The translations under genes were made by a program, and so were the position numbers. A DNA stretch of 64,000 nucleotides from Picochlorum sp. SENEW3 (lineage: Eukaryota), in NCBI GenBank assembly GCA_034226945.1, contig CP120462.1, positions 744,001-808,000 of the forward strand. The letters run 5' to 3'. Positions 21,267 through 32,376 of the stretch are shown here, piece by piece; position 1 is the stretch's first letter; the number at the start of each line of letters is the position of its first letter. A model generated the notes under the pieces. That model was not told the DNA's origin and ran no database searches. It was given only the letters and a program-made list of their open reading frames with translations.

Positions 21267-23173
21267 TCAAACAGTCGGACGAAATTCGAATGTGCTACCT
21301 GATCCTCGTGTATATCTGAATCCTGAGCAAGTGGAATCCATGGACAAGTATCTAAAGATGTTTGGGTTGTACAGTTGAACACGGTTGCACGAGGAGTCGG
21401 AGACGGGAATGATCCTCCATTCCCACGAATCTACACTCAATCTCAGATACTGTCCTTCCCTTTTCGCCAATGCCAAGAAGCGCCTATCCCGATTGCATTT
21501 GTTTGAGCGATATGCTGCTCTGATGGGCATATTGCTTCTGCTCACACCATTGAGGGACCAGTAGGATTGTTTCCAATCCTTTTCAATTGCTTTATAGCTT
21601 TGCAAAGTTACTCTAAAGGTACTGCAGTTTTTTCTTGAATATGTGAGATACTTGTTGCCCTTGCACCCGGTGGTTCGAATGCGAACTGTCGACTTATAGG
21701 TGCATGTACGTTGCTGTGGTGGAGGAGGGGAGGGAAAGACAAAGGGCGGAGGAGGAGGGGATGCAGGCGTCATACTTGGTGGTGGAGGAGGTGGTGATGG
21801 AAACATCGGATCGAGTGGAGGAGGGGCTGGTGCACGAGGGAAGAGAGGTTGCATGCAGTCTTGTAATCCAAAAATTATGCAGACTTCTTGAGAAATCTGC
21901 TGTGCACTTGGTCCCTCATCTGCTGGCTTTTGGAGCGACCATAGCATCATCCCCGATCCTCCAATTCCCTTCACCCAATTAGACAATTCGACTACTTGCC
22001 TCATGGAGATCACGTTGTCGCCCCAGGACTCGAAGGCCACCTGCATGCCTAGTGTCATGGGCCCAGAGTAGAGTGACGCATAGGCTGCAAAAGCTTCCTT
22101 GGGATTATACGTCGTCCCTGCATCATATGCCATGATGTTCAACGAGTCCAATAAATCTCCAACTGTTCTAAGCATGTTTATAGATACACCAGTGTATCCT
22201 CCCTGCGGAAGAGCATCGGCAAAAATGCCCTCTCCAAATGCGCCAACGTTAAAAACTGCTGCTGTAAGTTGCTTGTCCTCTGGAAGAGCATTGTGGAGGT
22301 CTGTGACTGATTGTATATATAGTTCATCAGTTGCACACGCTATTAAACCAGTAAGAGGATTCGATTGGCAGTCTGAACCGCGCGGTTCAAAGTCAATATC
22401 GATTCCATCGAGACCAAACTCCTCAACAAAGAGAGATGCGGCCGCAGCATTGAGTCCAGCCCAGTTGTCATACGTTGCCCCACCCACCGATAGGAATACC
22501 CTGGTTTCCGGATTTTTCTCTTTTAAAATTCTAATAGCTTCTCTCATCACAGATGGGGATGACTTGAATTGCAGTCCCGTGCCTTCAAATGTCAATCCTC
22601 CAGCATAGGTGCTGTCAGGTTTGAAGAACGAAATCATAACTTGAGTAACATACGGCGGCAAATTCGCCATCTGAGTCATGTATGGATCAGTAGTGTTCAT
22701 TTCAGACCACGTTTGGAAGTAACCAACATACTGTGGGCCATTATTGGTGGTGATAATCTCCGTAGCTGGCTCCCAGATTTTTGATGCATTTAGAGCTTGC
22801 CTCTGACCATAGATTCTGCCCTCACACACAGCAGTCTCCGCCTTCATGCATCTCTGCTGCGATTCTGGCATGATGAATCCTGATGGACATGATTCATATG
22901 ACCCATCAGTGGCACAGGAATAGTATGATTCGCATTTGGAGGTCACATCAGCTAGAGCAGCCAGTGTCTTTCCGTCCTCCAGCTTGTACGAGTAGGCCTC
23001 GCACAGGCACACTCCATCCCCGATTGGGCACGTTTTCGAAAACCCCTATGAAAAGATTAGATAACATTTATTCGTGTTCATGGACAGTGTCAATGCATAT
23101 AGATTCGTACCATACAGCCCACTCGCAGCAGGAGGGCCAGTGCAAAAAGTATCAATGCGCGCGCAGAGTTCAT
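21267..23173 (-). CDS. Secreted GH18 chitinase: signal peptide, CBM14-like domain, GH18, Pro-rich linker, C-terminal Cys/Trp beta-rich domain
   Basis: Exon 1 23173-23111 encodes MNSARALILFALALLLRVGCM; intron 23110-23046; SVGG and intact DGIDIDFE (DxxDxDxE); CESYYSC...CPSG...C chitin-binding pattern. Confidence 0.9.
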
Positions 23174-23960
23174 AGCGATATATACAGACTCAGATTTGTG
23201 CAATTGTACTAAGAATCAATCTTTTTTATATCTGGAACGGATTTAGATGAACCAGGTCACATTCCTTGACAAGACGTGTTTGAAGGCCTTGCTTTTCTGA
23301 AAACTGTTTGGTTTAAATACTCATGAAGTAAGCAGACCTTAGAAATTTACAGCAATAAAACGTATAATTTAATGCTTTGGAGAGAAGCACTGACATGTAG
23401 GCAATGCTTACTGTGACTCCCATGCGAACCAGACGAGCAGCGACAGGCATGCCATCTGATTGGTGTGGTTGTAAACCGCAATGCTACTAACCAAAAACTA
23501 GTTGGAGGAGTACAAGGATTGCAAAGATCATAGAGGTCGAATACTCATACTCTGCAGCACTGACTCGGGTAAATCCTGGTGCTGGAGGGCTATTACTCGA
23601 ACCTCCAGACAACTTTGGATACTGCAGAGGAAGAAGCCACATAAGACCAGGGTGACACGTGTGTCAGAAGAGAGCAACACTATTGGCTGTATTCGAATCT
23701 TAAATATTTCCAACCGAAAATCGAAATCTTTGTCGGAGTATCCCCACATACCTTTGTCTCGGCAGCACACGCGGTTGCAACAACCAGGAGTGCAAAAAGG
23801 ACGAACAACCTCCCCCGAGAATAACCCATACCTGAATGTAAATGCAAGCCTCTATTACAGTCGAAAGAAAAAAATCATATGAAATTATGGAATATGCTGC
23901 TTTGATGAAGAATGCACCCAAAATCATGCACTGGATACCTCTTCCGATGTGACCACAAAT

Positions 23961-23996
23961 GTGAGCTCATGAGTCATGATCTCACTCATGAGTGAG
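23961..23996. repeat. Palindrome cluster built from TCATGA/CTCATGAG units
   Basis: Perfect 16-bp palindrome CTCACTCATGAGTGAG at 23981-23996, plus TGAGCTCA, CTCATGAG and TCATGA. Confidence 0.7.
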
Positions 23997-25172
23997 CTAC
24001 ATGTCGATATCGATATTAGGCAGGAAGGGATCATCAAGTCCCATGGATTCATCAAAGAAGATGCCATCATCTGCCATCATTCTGGGCGAGTCCTGCATTT
24101 CACGAGACTCTGAATTGGAGTCATACGAAAGGCGCCGGGACCTATTCAGGTCATACTTTGTTGGGTAGCATTTCACCCTTTCATTTTCCCACCATGGGAA
24201 ATTTTTGTCAAGAATCTTTTTTCTGGCCTTGGTGAAGCCATATCGTGACCTGAAATTTGAATGCCAACCCCTGTTACGCCGAGCTCTCTGCATTCTGAGA
24301 AGAAACATGGCAAGTGTGTGCTCAAGAAGACGCTCCTGTGACACTTCCTCGCCAGGGTCTTCAAAGACACGGCTGGATGTCAACTTGGGCTTCTTCCCAG
24401 GGTTGTCCTTCATCCATGTTGTGAGCATCTTTACCATGTTATCCCATTGATCTTGAACAGCAGACCAACCTGGTAATACTGAATCCAGAATGGCGACCCT
24501 CTCTTCAAATAGATGCATCTCTGATTTGCTGTGAGAAAACAGGTAATTTCGCTTGGTAGCAAGTTTGTGCAACATTTTCCTCTGGGCACGCAGAAACTTT
24601 CCAATCTCGTAGAACTCCGTCTTTTCATCCTCGTTCATTCCAGATACAATGGACAAAGTCTCTTTAGAAAGATTTTCTTCCCCAAAAATAGGCTTGGGCA
24701 CAGGCCAAATGCCACCATAGCACTCCTTCTTCTTGGAAGCGATTTTATCAACCTTGCACCGCCACATGTCTTCCTCGTCCAGCCACCCAGGAAGATACGT
24801 ATCCAAAATCTTCTTTCTCTCTTTGTTCATCCCTTTGGTAACTCTCTCCGCAGTAAGACCGCGATCATATGCAGTAAACCCCTCCCTTTGGTAAATAAGA
24901 AACCTCTTATCAATAGGAACGTTCCTGTCGTAGTGCCTATCACCACGTTTCACCTGCGAAGGCCACCGATACTCTCTTTCAATACATCGATCAGCAATCA
25001 TCATCACCACTTCCTTGTAGTTTTCATCGGTGACGATCCCGTTGGAGCACAGAGTTTCCAACTCCCTTCCGATATTTTCTCGACTCAAATTTGCTGAAGA
25101 AATGCGCACATCCCGCCTCGTATATTCCTCATCAAATGAATCAATATCACTTTCAATGTAATCCTCGTCCAT
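23997..25172 (-). CDS. Protein with three helicase-associated (HA, PF03457-like) repeats and no helicase domain
   Basis: Three units ending ERKKILDTYLPGW / ERVAILDSVLPGW / ARKKILDKNFPWW, each preceded by an FL..QR-like block; intronless; acidic termini. Confidence 0.65.
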   Translation of the reverse strand: MDEDYIESDIDSFDEEYTRRDVRISSANLSRENIGRELETLCSNGIVTDENYKEVVMMIADRCIEREYRWPSQVKRGDRHYDRNVPIDKRFLIYQREGFTAYDRGLTAERVTKGMNKERKKILDTYLPGWLDEEDMWRCKVDKIASKKKECYGGIWPVPKPIFGEENLSKETLSIVSGMNEDEKTEFYEIGKFLRAQRKMLHKLATKRNYLFSHSKSEMHLFEERVAILDSVLPGWSAVQDQWDNMVKMLTTWMKDNPGKKPKLTSSRVFEDPGEEVSQERLLEHTLAMFLLRMQRARRNRGWHSNFRSRYGFTKARKKILDKNFPWWENERVKCYPTKYDLNRSRRLSYDSNSESREMQDSPRMMADDGIFFDESMGLDDPFLPNIDIDM

Positions 25173-25337
25173 AATAGCGACTTTTTTGTTGTTTTCAGAA
25201 AGTGTCCTCTTTTTGAATGGAAGTTGAACAGTCGTTCTACTATTCCTGAACCTCTTGGATTTATGCGTTTCCTTTAAGAATAATACTATTATTATTCAAA
25301 TAAATGGATATATGTATTTATTGTTGATTTTACTTCT

Positions 25338-25537
25338 GAGCAAGTACCGAGGGACGCACCCACCTTGTGTGTCCGATTGTGCATGGCGAAGGCGCCACCT
25401 TTCGGTTGGGCCATTTTTCGAGAGCTCTCGACCCCCAACCCCACGCGAGGGGTCTACTGCCATGACCCGCCAGTTGTTTGGGTTGCCATTCATTCACCCA
25501 GAAAAAGTGTCTCAAATGTCTAGTGTATGCTCTTTTT
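25338..25537 (+). ncRNA. Candidate structured non-coding RNA, family unassigned
   Basis: Terminal pairing GAGCAAGTAC/GTGTATGCTC followed by T6; internal stems GGACGCAC/GTGTGTCC, CATGGC/GCCATG, GACCCC/GGGGTC, TGGGT/ACCCA; no known snRNA/RNase P/MRP/SRP motif recognised. Confidence 0.25.
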
Positions 25538-25625
25538 TCTCACGAAGAAAGTCTTGGTACTGCTACCTTGCATTGCTACTCCAGAGTGTTTTACAGACAG
25601 GTGAGTAAACATATAGTATATGTGA

Positions 25626-26145
25626 TTACATTTCATCATCGAATTGGTAAATCTCGTTTTCTTCCTTTGTATGAACGTTGGGTTTCAGACTCTCTAGGAT
25701 GTCATCAGGCATTTGCTCATAGTCCATTTCAACATTCAAGTCAACAGGAGTGTCCAGGACAACACGTTCATCATTTGCATACGCCTCTGCCAAGAGCTCC
25801 ATCTCTGACCCATTAAACCGGTCATATTCATTATCAAAAGGATCAATGTGCATCTTTTTTAATGCCTCGCGAGCGATTTGGTGCTCTTCCTGCAGGTGCA
25901 GCATGTTCCCAGAGTGTGAGTCAAGGTGAACAGAGGAGATTTATGGTGACCGTACGTACCTCTTCCGTCGTTGGAGCAGTATATTTTCCTTCAACATTTG
26001 ATATGGAGCGTGTTTGGAAACCATACATGGTGCAGACTGCTGTTTGAGTCGACGTTGCATGTTTTGACGAGGTACCCAACAAGATTTCTGAATTCCAGAG
26101 CTGGGGCTTGGCAAGAGCGCCAATACGACGTAATATATGGGACAT
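25626..26145 (-). CDS. Hypothetical, probably mitochondrial-targeted, acidic protein; 2 exons
   Basis: Presequence-like MSHILRRIGALAK...TRSIS; donor GAG|GTACGT near 25959 and acceptor CTGCAG| near 25890 join ORFs 25921..26145 and 25626..25904. Confidence 0.55.
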
Positions 26146-26446
26146 ATTGTATAGTTAGACGTTTTAATATTTCCTTTATGTGGGTTTAGGATGAAAGCAT
26201 GGTGAAACAAGGTTCGAATATGTCGGAGATGACTGATGACGTGGCAGCTCGGACGTGCTTTTCAACGGCAGGGACACCTTGGACGTCCAAGGGCCAGGAG
26301 ACATGAGTGTACTTGTCTTGTTGTTGAGAATATCCTTGGCGCAGACATGCCGAGGTACAACAGATGCTTTGGATTCGAATGTTGTTATAAATAATCGCAG
26401 TCCTGATAATATAAAAGTACAATGAAGTAAGATGGTGGAAAATGTG

Positions 26447-28544
26447 CTACTTTGAAATCGATTCATGGAGGACTTTTAAAACTCCTGCCAAGAGGACCCT
26501 GCGTATCCATCGGGGCACGTCATTTGACAGCCCATTCTGATCACTGGATAGTCTCTTTTTTCTTTCTTTTAGACGAGCAAGAGCATCGTATACTTCGTCA
26601 TCACTGTCATAGTCACTGCTTTGGTCATTGACAGCTTGTAGACCGGCATCGTGTCTATCCAATGCATCCAAGCTGCGGCGACCATGATTGACTTGTTTTG
26701 CTTTCGCAAAGACGCGAAGCGATGACTCATACTTCGCCCAGAACGGCCAAAGGCCTTTGGGGACGGCCATTTTTGCCAAACCAGGACGGACCTGTGAATC
26801 CTCAAAATACACTGTCAGGATCTCAGTTCCATCCTCAGTTCTCCGAATTCGGCAGCCTGATATATACTCCTTTACTAATACATACTTTTTCTGTCCATTT
26901 CCGCTGGGTAGCGTGCATGATTTTGATATTGCATAGCAGCCTCCATCTGATGGCCGTGTCCACACCCTCCTGGCATACTGATAGCTCCTTGCCGACAGCG
27001 GACGTGGAAACTTTGAAATATAGCGATGGAGACAGGACTCTGCGTGTCTTGAAACACGATTGCAACCCTCGGATTTATCTCGTTCCACAGCAATGGCACT
27101 ATCATCCCATAGGGATCGAGCTTGATCATCCAAATGAAATGGGCGGACATCGTGTGGGTCTACTCCACGAATTCTGACGCATGTTTTGTACATGTACAAA
27201 CCGTGGCGTAATACCATCCGCTTTGCAACCATCTCAAGTCCATCTTTTACCTCAGATGTGCTCTGCTCCCAGCAAAAGTCCCCCTCCATGATACCAAATA
27301 GGGATGCTTGGGACTCGAATGCTTTTTCGATTCCAAGATCTTCAAGAACTTTTGTGCACGGGGCTTCGTCGAACAAGTCTCCTAGTTGAAGTAAATGCTC
27401 ATCAGTGATGGTGCTTCGTATGTCGTCAGGGCAATCACCATCCAATCCAATGGAGTCTAGAACTGAGGCGGCTGGATGGTACATGGGTGCTATCAGACTC
27501 TTTTTTGCCTGGGCTTGGGCCTCTTCCGCATATCTATTGAGCACTTGTATTGCAGAGTCTCTAGCTTTGACCGATCCCCGAGTATAATGCCGGTGTGCTC
27601 CATGGCCATCTAGACTGAGGCGCTGATATGGTGGAGGAGGTGTTTCTGACAACGACATACCTGATTTGAGACTCTGAAGCCACGAGTCTACATAATCAGA
27701 TACTGACCTAGAAAAGGAGCTTGAGGAATCAATGCTAGCTGCGGGAGATAGGGGAGACTCCTCCGGGATTGCACCCTGCCCTTGGTTCAAAAGCCTTGTG
27801 GCAACCGTCTCTTCACCAGATTTCATCGGATTCAATTCCTGACCTGACGTGATCCGTAACATTTTTGGTTCCCACTGCCTTTTACGACTTTTTCGTCTAT
27901 GTTTCCGTGGAGACCGTAACGGAGTTGATGCGCCTGAAAGATGCTCAGATGTGACAGATTTGCTACCAGTGTGAATCCTCCATGGAATTTTGCAGAGCAA
28001 CGAGCCACCCTCCGACATTGCTCTCGCACGATGAGAACGATAATCTCCATTCTGAAGATTATCTGCGTGTTTCAGATCCAAACTTCTCCGATGCGGATGC
28101 TCATCATTCTTTGCAGACAAGTGACTATCAGGTAGTCGAAAACTGCGCACATGTGACGAGGAGGAGCTGGCACTATCATCCCCCCTGTTACAACTATCTT
28201 TGCTAGACGAAATGCGCCTATTTGGCACTCTATCGAATAGTTTCCATTCTATATCCGCATCGCTGACACTCCACACAGAACTCTTGACAAACCGAGGTAC
28301 AAACACTGAACTCACTGCTCTATAATACAGGCCAGAGATGGCCTTGTGGGGCGATCTACTTGGGTTAATCATACCCACTAGAGCACTCAAAGTGACGAAT
28401 ACACCCAACGCATGCAACAGCACCACATGAAAAATCTGCACAACCAGTTGGATACAGTTCAGTTGCAGGTGTCCTCTTGAACCAATATAGACACTATAGA
28501 GCACACTGTACCTTTGAATCGATCAAATACCCAATAAAAGACAT
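26447..28544 (-). CDS. START-domain lipid-binding protein, 2 exons
   Basis: FHLDDQARSLWD, KFPRPLSARSYQYARRVW, PKGLWPF motifs; exon 1 28544-28512, intron 28511-28436 in frame. Confidence 0.85.
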
Positions 28545-29186
28545 TAATAATACATTGAGATGCCTATACAAACAAAATAAGTTGCGTCACTAACTTCCGA
28601 CATGACATGCCGGCACGCGCTGCCGGAACAAAACAATCTCAAAGAGGATCTCTACCGACATAAATCACACATTAGATAGAATAAAAGCATTTAAGTTCCA
28701 TACCTGCCTGAAATAATCAACACAGCCAGAGTGCTGAAGGAAAATATCTGGTTCTCTTCGACCCACTGGCCCATTCGATGCTCAAGCGTAGTATACAGCC
28801 CCTCTGAAGCATTCAAATGGATTTTATAGCTTGTCACAGACGAGTGACAGCCTTTCCGCGAAGGAATGCCCGGAACCGCCATACCTCCGACACCAATTCC
28901 TTTCGAGTTGAAAATTGAGCCACGAAAGTGCCCTTATATCATCATTGGGATGAATTAAATATCAAATCAATCATTATAAAGGTATTGATTTGACACATTG
29001 GCCCCACATTGCGAGATAGTTCTTGATGAATGGATGCATTTGCATCTGGATAACCATGCAGAATCTGCTGCTGGGAGCAAGGGACTCCGGTCAATGACTG
29101 AAACATACAAAATCTACTTGACGTGATTCTTTTTACATTCTATCCATTCATCAAGATTCAAACTATCTCACCATTGTATATATGAA

Positions 29187-30473
29187 TCACAGTAGCAACT
29201 CGGCCACCTGGACTGCATTCAAAGCGGCTCCCTTTTTGATCTGATCTCCACAGACAAAGAGGTCCAGTCCCTTGGAATCATCCCTTGAAATATCTCGCCG
29301 AACACGCCCGACATACACATCATCCTGATTGGAAGCAACTAATGGGGTTGGGAAGATATTTTCTTCTGGATTGTTTATCACAGAAACTCCTGGGAATGCT
29401 GCAAGAAGCTCTAATGCCCTCTCTGCAGAGAGATCCTTATCAAACTCGAGATTGATGGACTCTGCGTGGGCTCTCATAATAGGCACACGAATGCATGTAG
29501 CTGTGATTTTTACGTCATTGTTGTTCCAAATTTTGGCCGTCTCTTTCACCATCTTCATCTCCTCCTCATTGTACAGAGTGTCAGTCACTGGGGAGTTGTG
29601 GGAGAACAGGTTGAAAGCATACTGGAATGGGAAAATATTCTGTGTGACTGGCTTTCCCTCCAAAGCTTCGCGTGTCTGAAGTTCCAACTCTTCCATAGCA
29701 GCTTGACCAGCGCCGGAGGCTGCTTGATACGTAGAAACTACCATACGCTTCACTCCAGCTTCTCTGTGAAGGGGTGTAACAGCCATCAAGGCAATGATTG
29801 TAGAGCAGTTTGGATTGGCAATGATTCCTCCCTGACCATACTTCATTCCTGACATGGCATCTGGATTAACTTCTGGGATGACGAGAGGAACTCCTTCGGT
29901 CATTCTAAATGCACTTGAATTGTCAACCACAGTGCACCCTGCATCAGAGGCGATTGGAGCAAACTTTTTGGAGATTGATCCACCGGCACTGAACAGCGCA
30001 ATGTCCACTCCATCAAAACTTGAGTCTGTCAGCTCCTCAACAGTGTATGTGTTGCCGTCAAACTCGTAGGTGCGGCCAGCAGAACGAGCAGATGCAAGCA
30101 TTTTCATGTCACTGTAGGGAAAATCACGGGCCTTGAGAACCTGCACACGAATACGGTGGACTCAGACGATCCTTGGATGCCATCTATATGTGATATAGAA
30201 TGGTTCAGGTGACACATCCAGGGTATCCCAGGGGTCATCATACAAAAGCCGTCAGACGAACCATATGCCGTCCTCACAGAATCACACTCTACACCAACGT
30301 ACCCTCAAGAACTCCTGTCCAACAGCTCCAGTTACACCTACAATTGCTACTTTAGGTCCATCAGCAACTTTCGCTGCTTTAACGACAAACCTTCCTGACA
30401 TCTGGCGGGTAGCACCTGCTGGAAGGGATAATTTTGCTGGCGCTCTTGGGCGCATGTGTACAGCATTCATCAT
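29187..30473 (-). CDS. asd: Aspartate-semialdehyde dehydrogenase, plastid-targeted; 2 exons
   Basis: KVAIVGVTGAVGQE, VDNSSAFRM, ANPNCSTI (catalytic Cys), STYQAASGAG, GDQIKKGAALNAVQ; intron 30302-30141. Confidence 0.96.
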
Positions 30474-30575
30474 GTCGTGAGAATACGATTTAAAAAGATA
30501 ATTATAATTAATGACAAACGATCGGAGCATGACGTATCTGAGTAATTGACAAGCATACCATGCATGGATTCCTTC

Positions 30576-32376
30576 CTACTCTTCTTCCTCAAAGTCTTCC
30601 TCATCTGCATCCACAGCGTCGTCACTACTCTCCACTTTCTCATCTTGATCTCCCTCTTCCTCCAAGACCGTGTCCACCTCCTTGGTCAACGACTGCAACG
30701 CTCCTGAAAGCATGCTAGGGTTGCTGCCAGAGGCATCACCAGTGAGATCAGCATAGTCCAATGCATATCCGCCAATCTCAGGGAGGATTTCCTCCAACAG
30801 AGAATTCACAATACTATTCTCCTTACCCTCGACAAGCATTTGAATTTCTTTCTCTTCCCCTTCCAACATATTGGCTGCCCCAGGAAGCAAGGTTTCCGAG
30901 TCTCCAAAGAACTCATCGAGCGCATCCATGTCTGCAATGTCCGACTCAACAGACAGACCAGCCTTTGGATCCGTCAAGGACAATAACTTCCTTGCTGCCT
31001 CAACCTCTTCCAGAATCTGCTCTTCCATTTCCTGTAAACCAGCCTCTGTCAACTCCTTTTCATATTCTATGGTCTCCTCATTCAATCGATCCATGAGTGG
31101 CATGATGGCTTCACTTGCACGAATCCAAGTGGGAATACGCAAGTCTGTCCCAGGAAGAAGAGGCTCTGCATTTCTCCATACATCCTCTTGCTCAATTTCC
31201 TGGAGCACATTTCCAAACGCAGATGCAACTGAATACCGATTATGAGCTGCTTCCAATCGAGCATGATGCAATTCCATACCCTCATCTACAGCTCTATCCA
31301 TGAGAAAATCCTCCAATGCCGCCTCTTGAGGCGTCTGGGTTCCTGGCTTGCGGAATGTCCTCGACGTAGGCAACATTGATGGCAGCCCCCTCAAATTCTG
31401 ATCCGCTCCACGCTCCTTCCCTCTATAGGTCGGAACGCCTTCTGATGCAGCAGCTGCTGCTTCTTCAGCCTCCACATCCCCAAAAGGCAACGAAGACAGT
31501 GCGCCAGCATCCAGCAGAGATGCCGACCCATCCAACCCATCCCAGCTCTGCATTGGATCCGTCTCCCATCCTTCAAGCATTGGATCTGAACGCAGAAAAG
31601 ACGTGAATTCGTAAGTTGTCGTACTCTATTGAATAAACATGCAAGCACTCTCCATCCACATGGAAAAGTAAACATGTGTGCTTTTCCATGCATCAAAATG
31701 GAGTGTGAGGCATGATGACACAGACACACAGAGACATTGCCAAAAACGGCAACATCACGCGCCGCGTACACCATATATATTATCTCAGAGTTGTAACGAT
31801 GCCATCGGAATGAATGCAAAATCCAAGCCATCTGACTATCTCTGAACAGCATAGTATGATGATGATGATGAAGAAGAAGAAGAAGAGCACACGCACCATC
31901 AGCAAGGAGCCCATCTTGTTCCTCAGCAGGATCCGGAATAGCCTTGACCAAATCTTCAAACTCTTTCTGACTCGCACTTGAATACTTTGATGATGATGAT
32001 GACGATGACGATTTCCTCTTTGCCATCTCCCTCTCTGCCATATCATCCAAGCTCATCCGACAAACCTGCAACCCATTCTTCATCCTCCTAGGTTGCCCCA
32101 CAAATCTCCACCAATGCGTCGACCTGCATACATACATACATACATACATTGAACTGCTATTACCATCATCTATGACCATAGCGGGATATATGATCAAAAG
32201 GAAACAACAAGTCTCTCCTGGCTCCCTGAGGAGGAACAGACACAACAACAAGAGCAGAAGAAACTAGGCGCGTCCTCGAGCGGCACAATGTCCAATAGCT
32301 ATAGAATACTTCCAACATACCTGACAGAACCGCGACCAACCATGCATCTCTCCGGACGACCACTCACGGACGCCAT
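30576..32376 (-). CDS. Hypothetical highly acidic protein with transit-peptide-like N-terminus; at least 3 exons
   Basis: ATG 32376 (MASVSGRPER), donor near 32320, acceptor near 32123, donor near 31895, acceptor near 31586 joining the 334-aa Glu/Asp-rich ORF. Confidence 0.55.

Noticed and set aside
23200..23960. Short ORFs (e.g. 23502..23882) as a gene or transposon remnant
   Set aside because: No recognisable motifs, terminal repeats or coherent splice model.
26200..26260. GAAAC...CTGATGA suggesting a hammerhead ribozyme; GGTTCGAAT suggesting a tRNA T-loop
   Set aside because: Hammerhead stems I and II cannot pair, and there is no cloverleaf or acceptor stem.
28829..28880. Resemblance to the 5' end of plant RNase MRP RNA
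   Set aside because: No proper GAAAGTCCCC CR-I and no complementary CR-V downstream.
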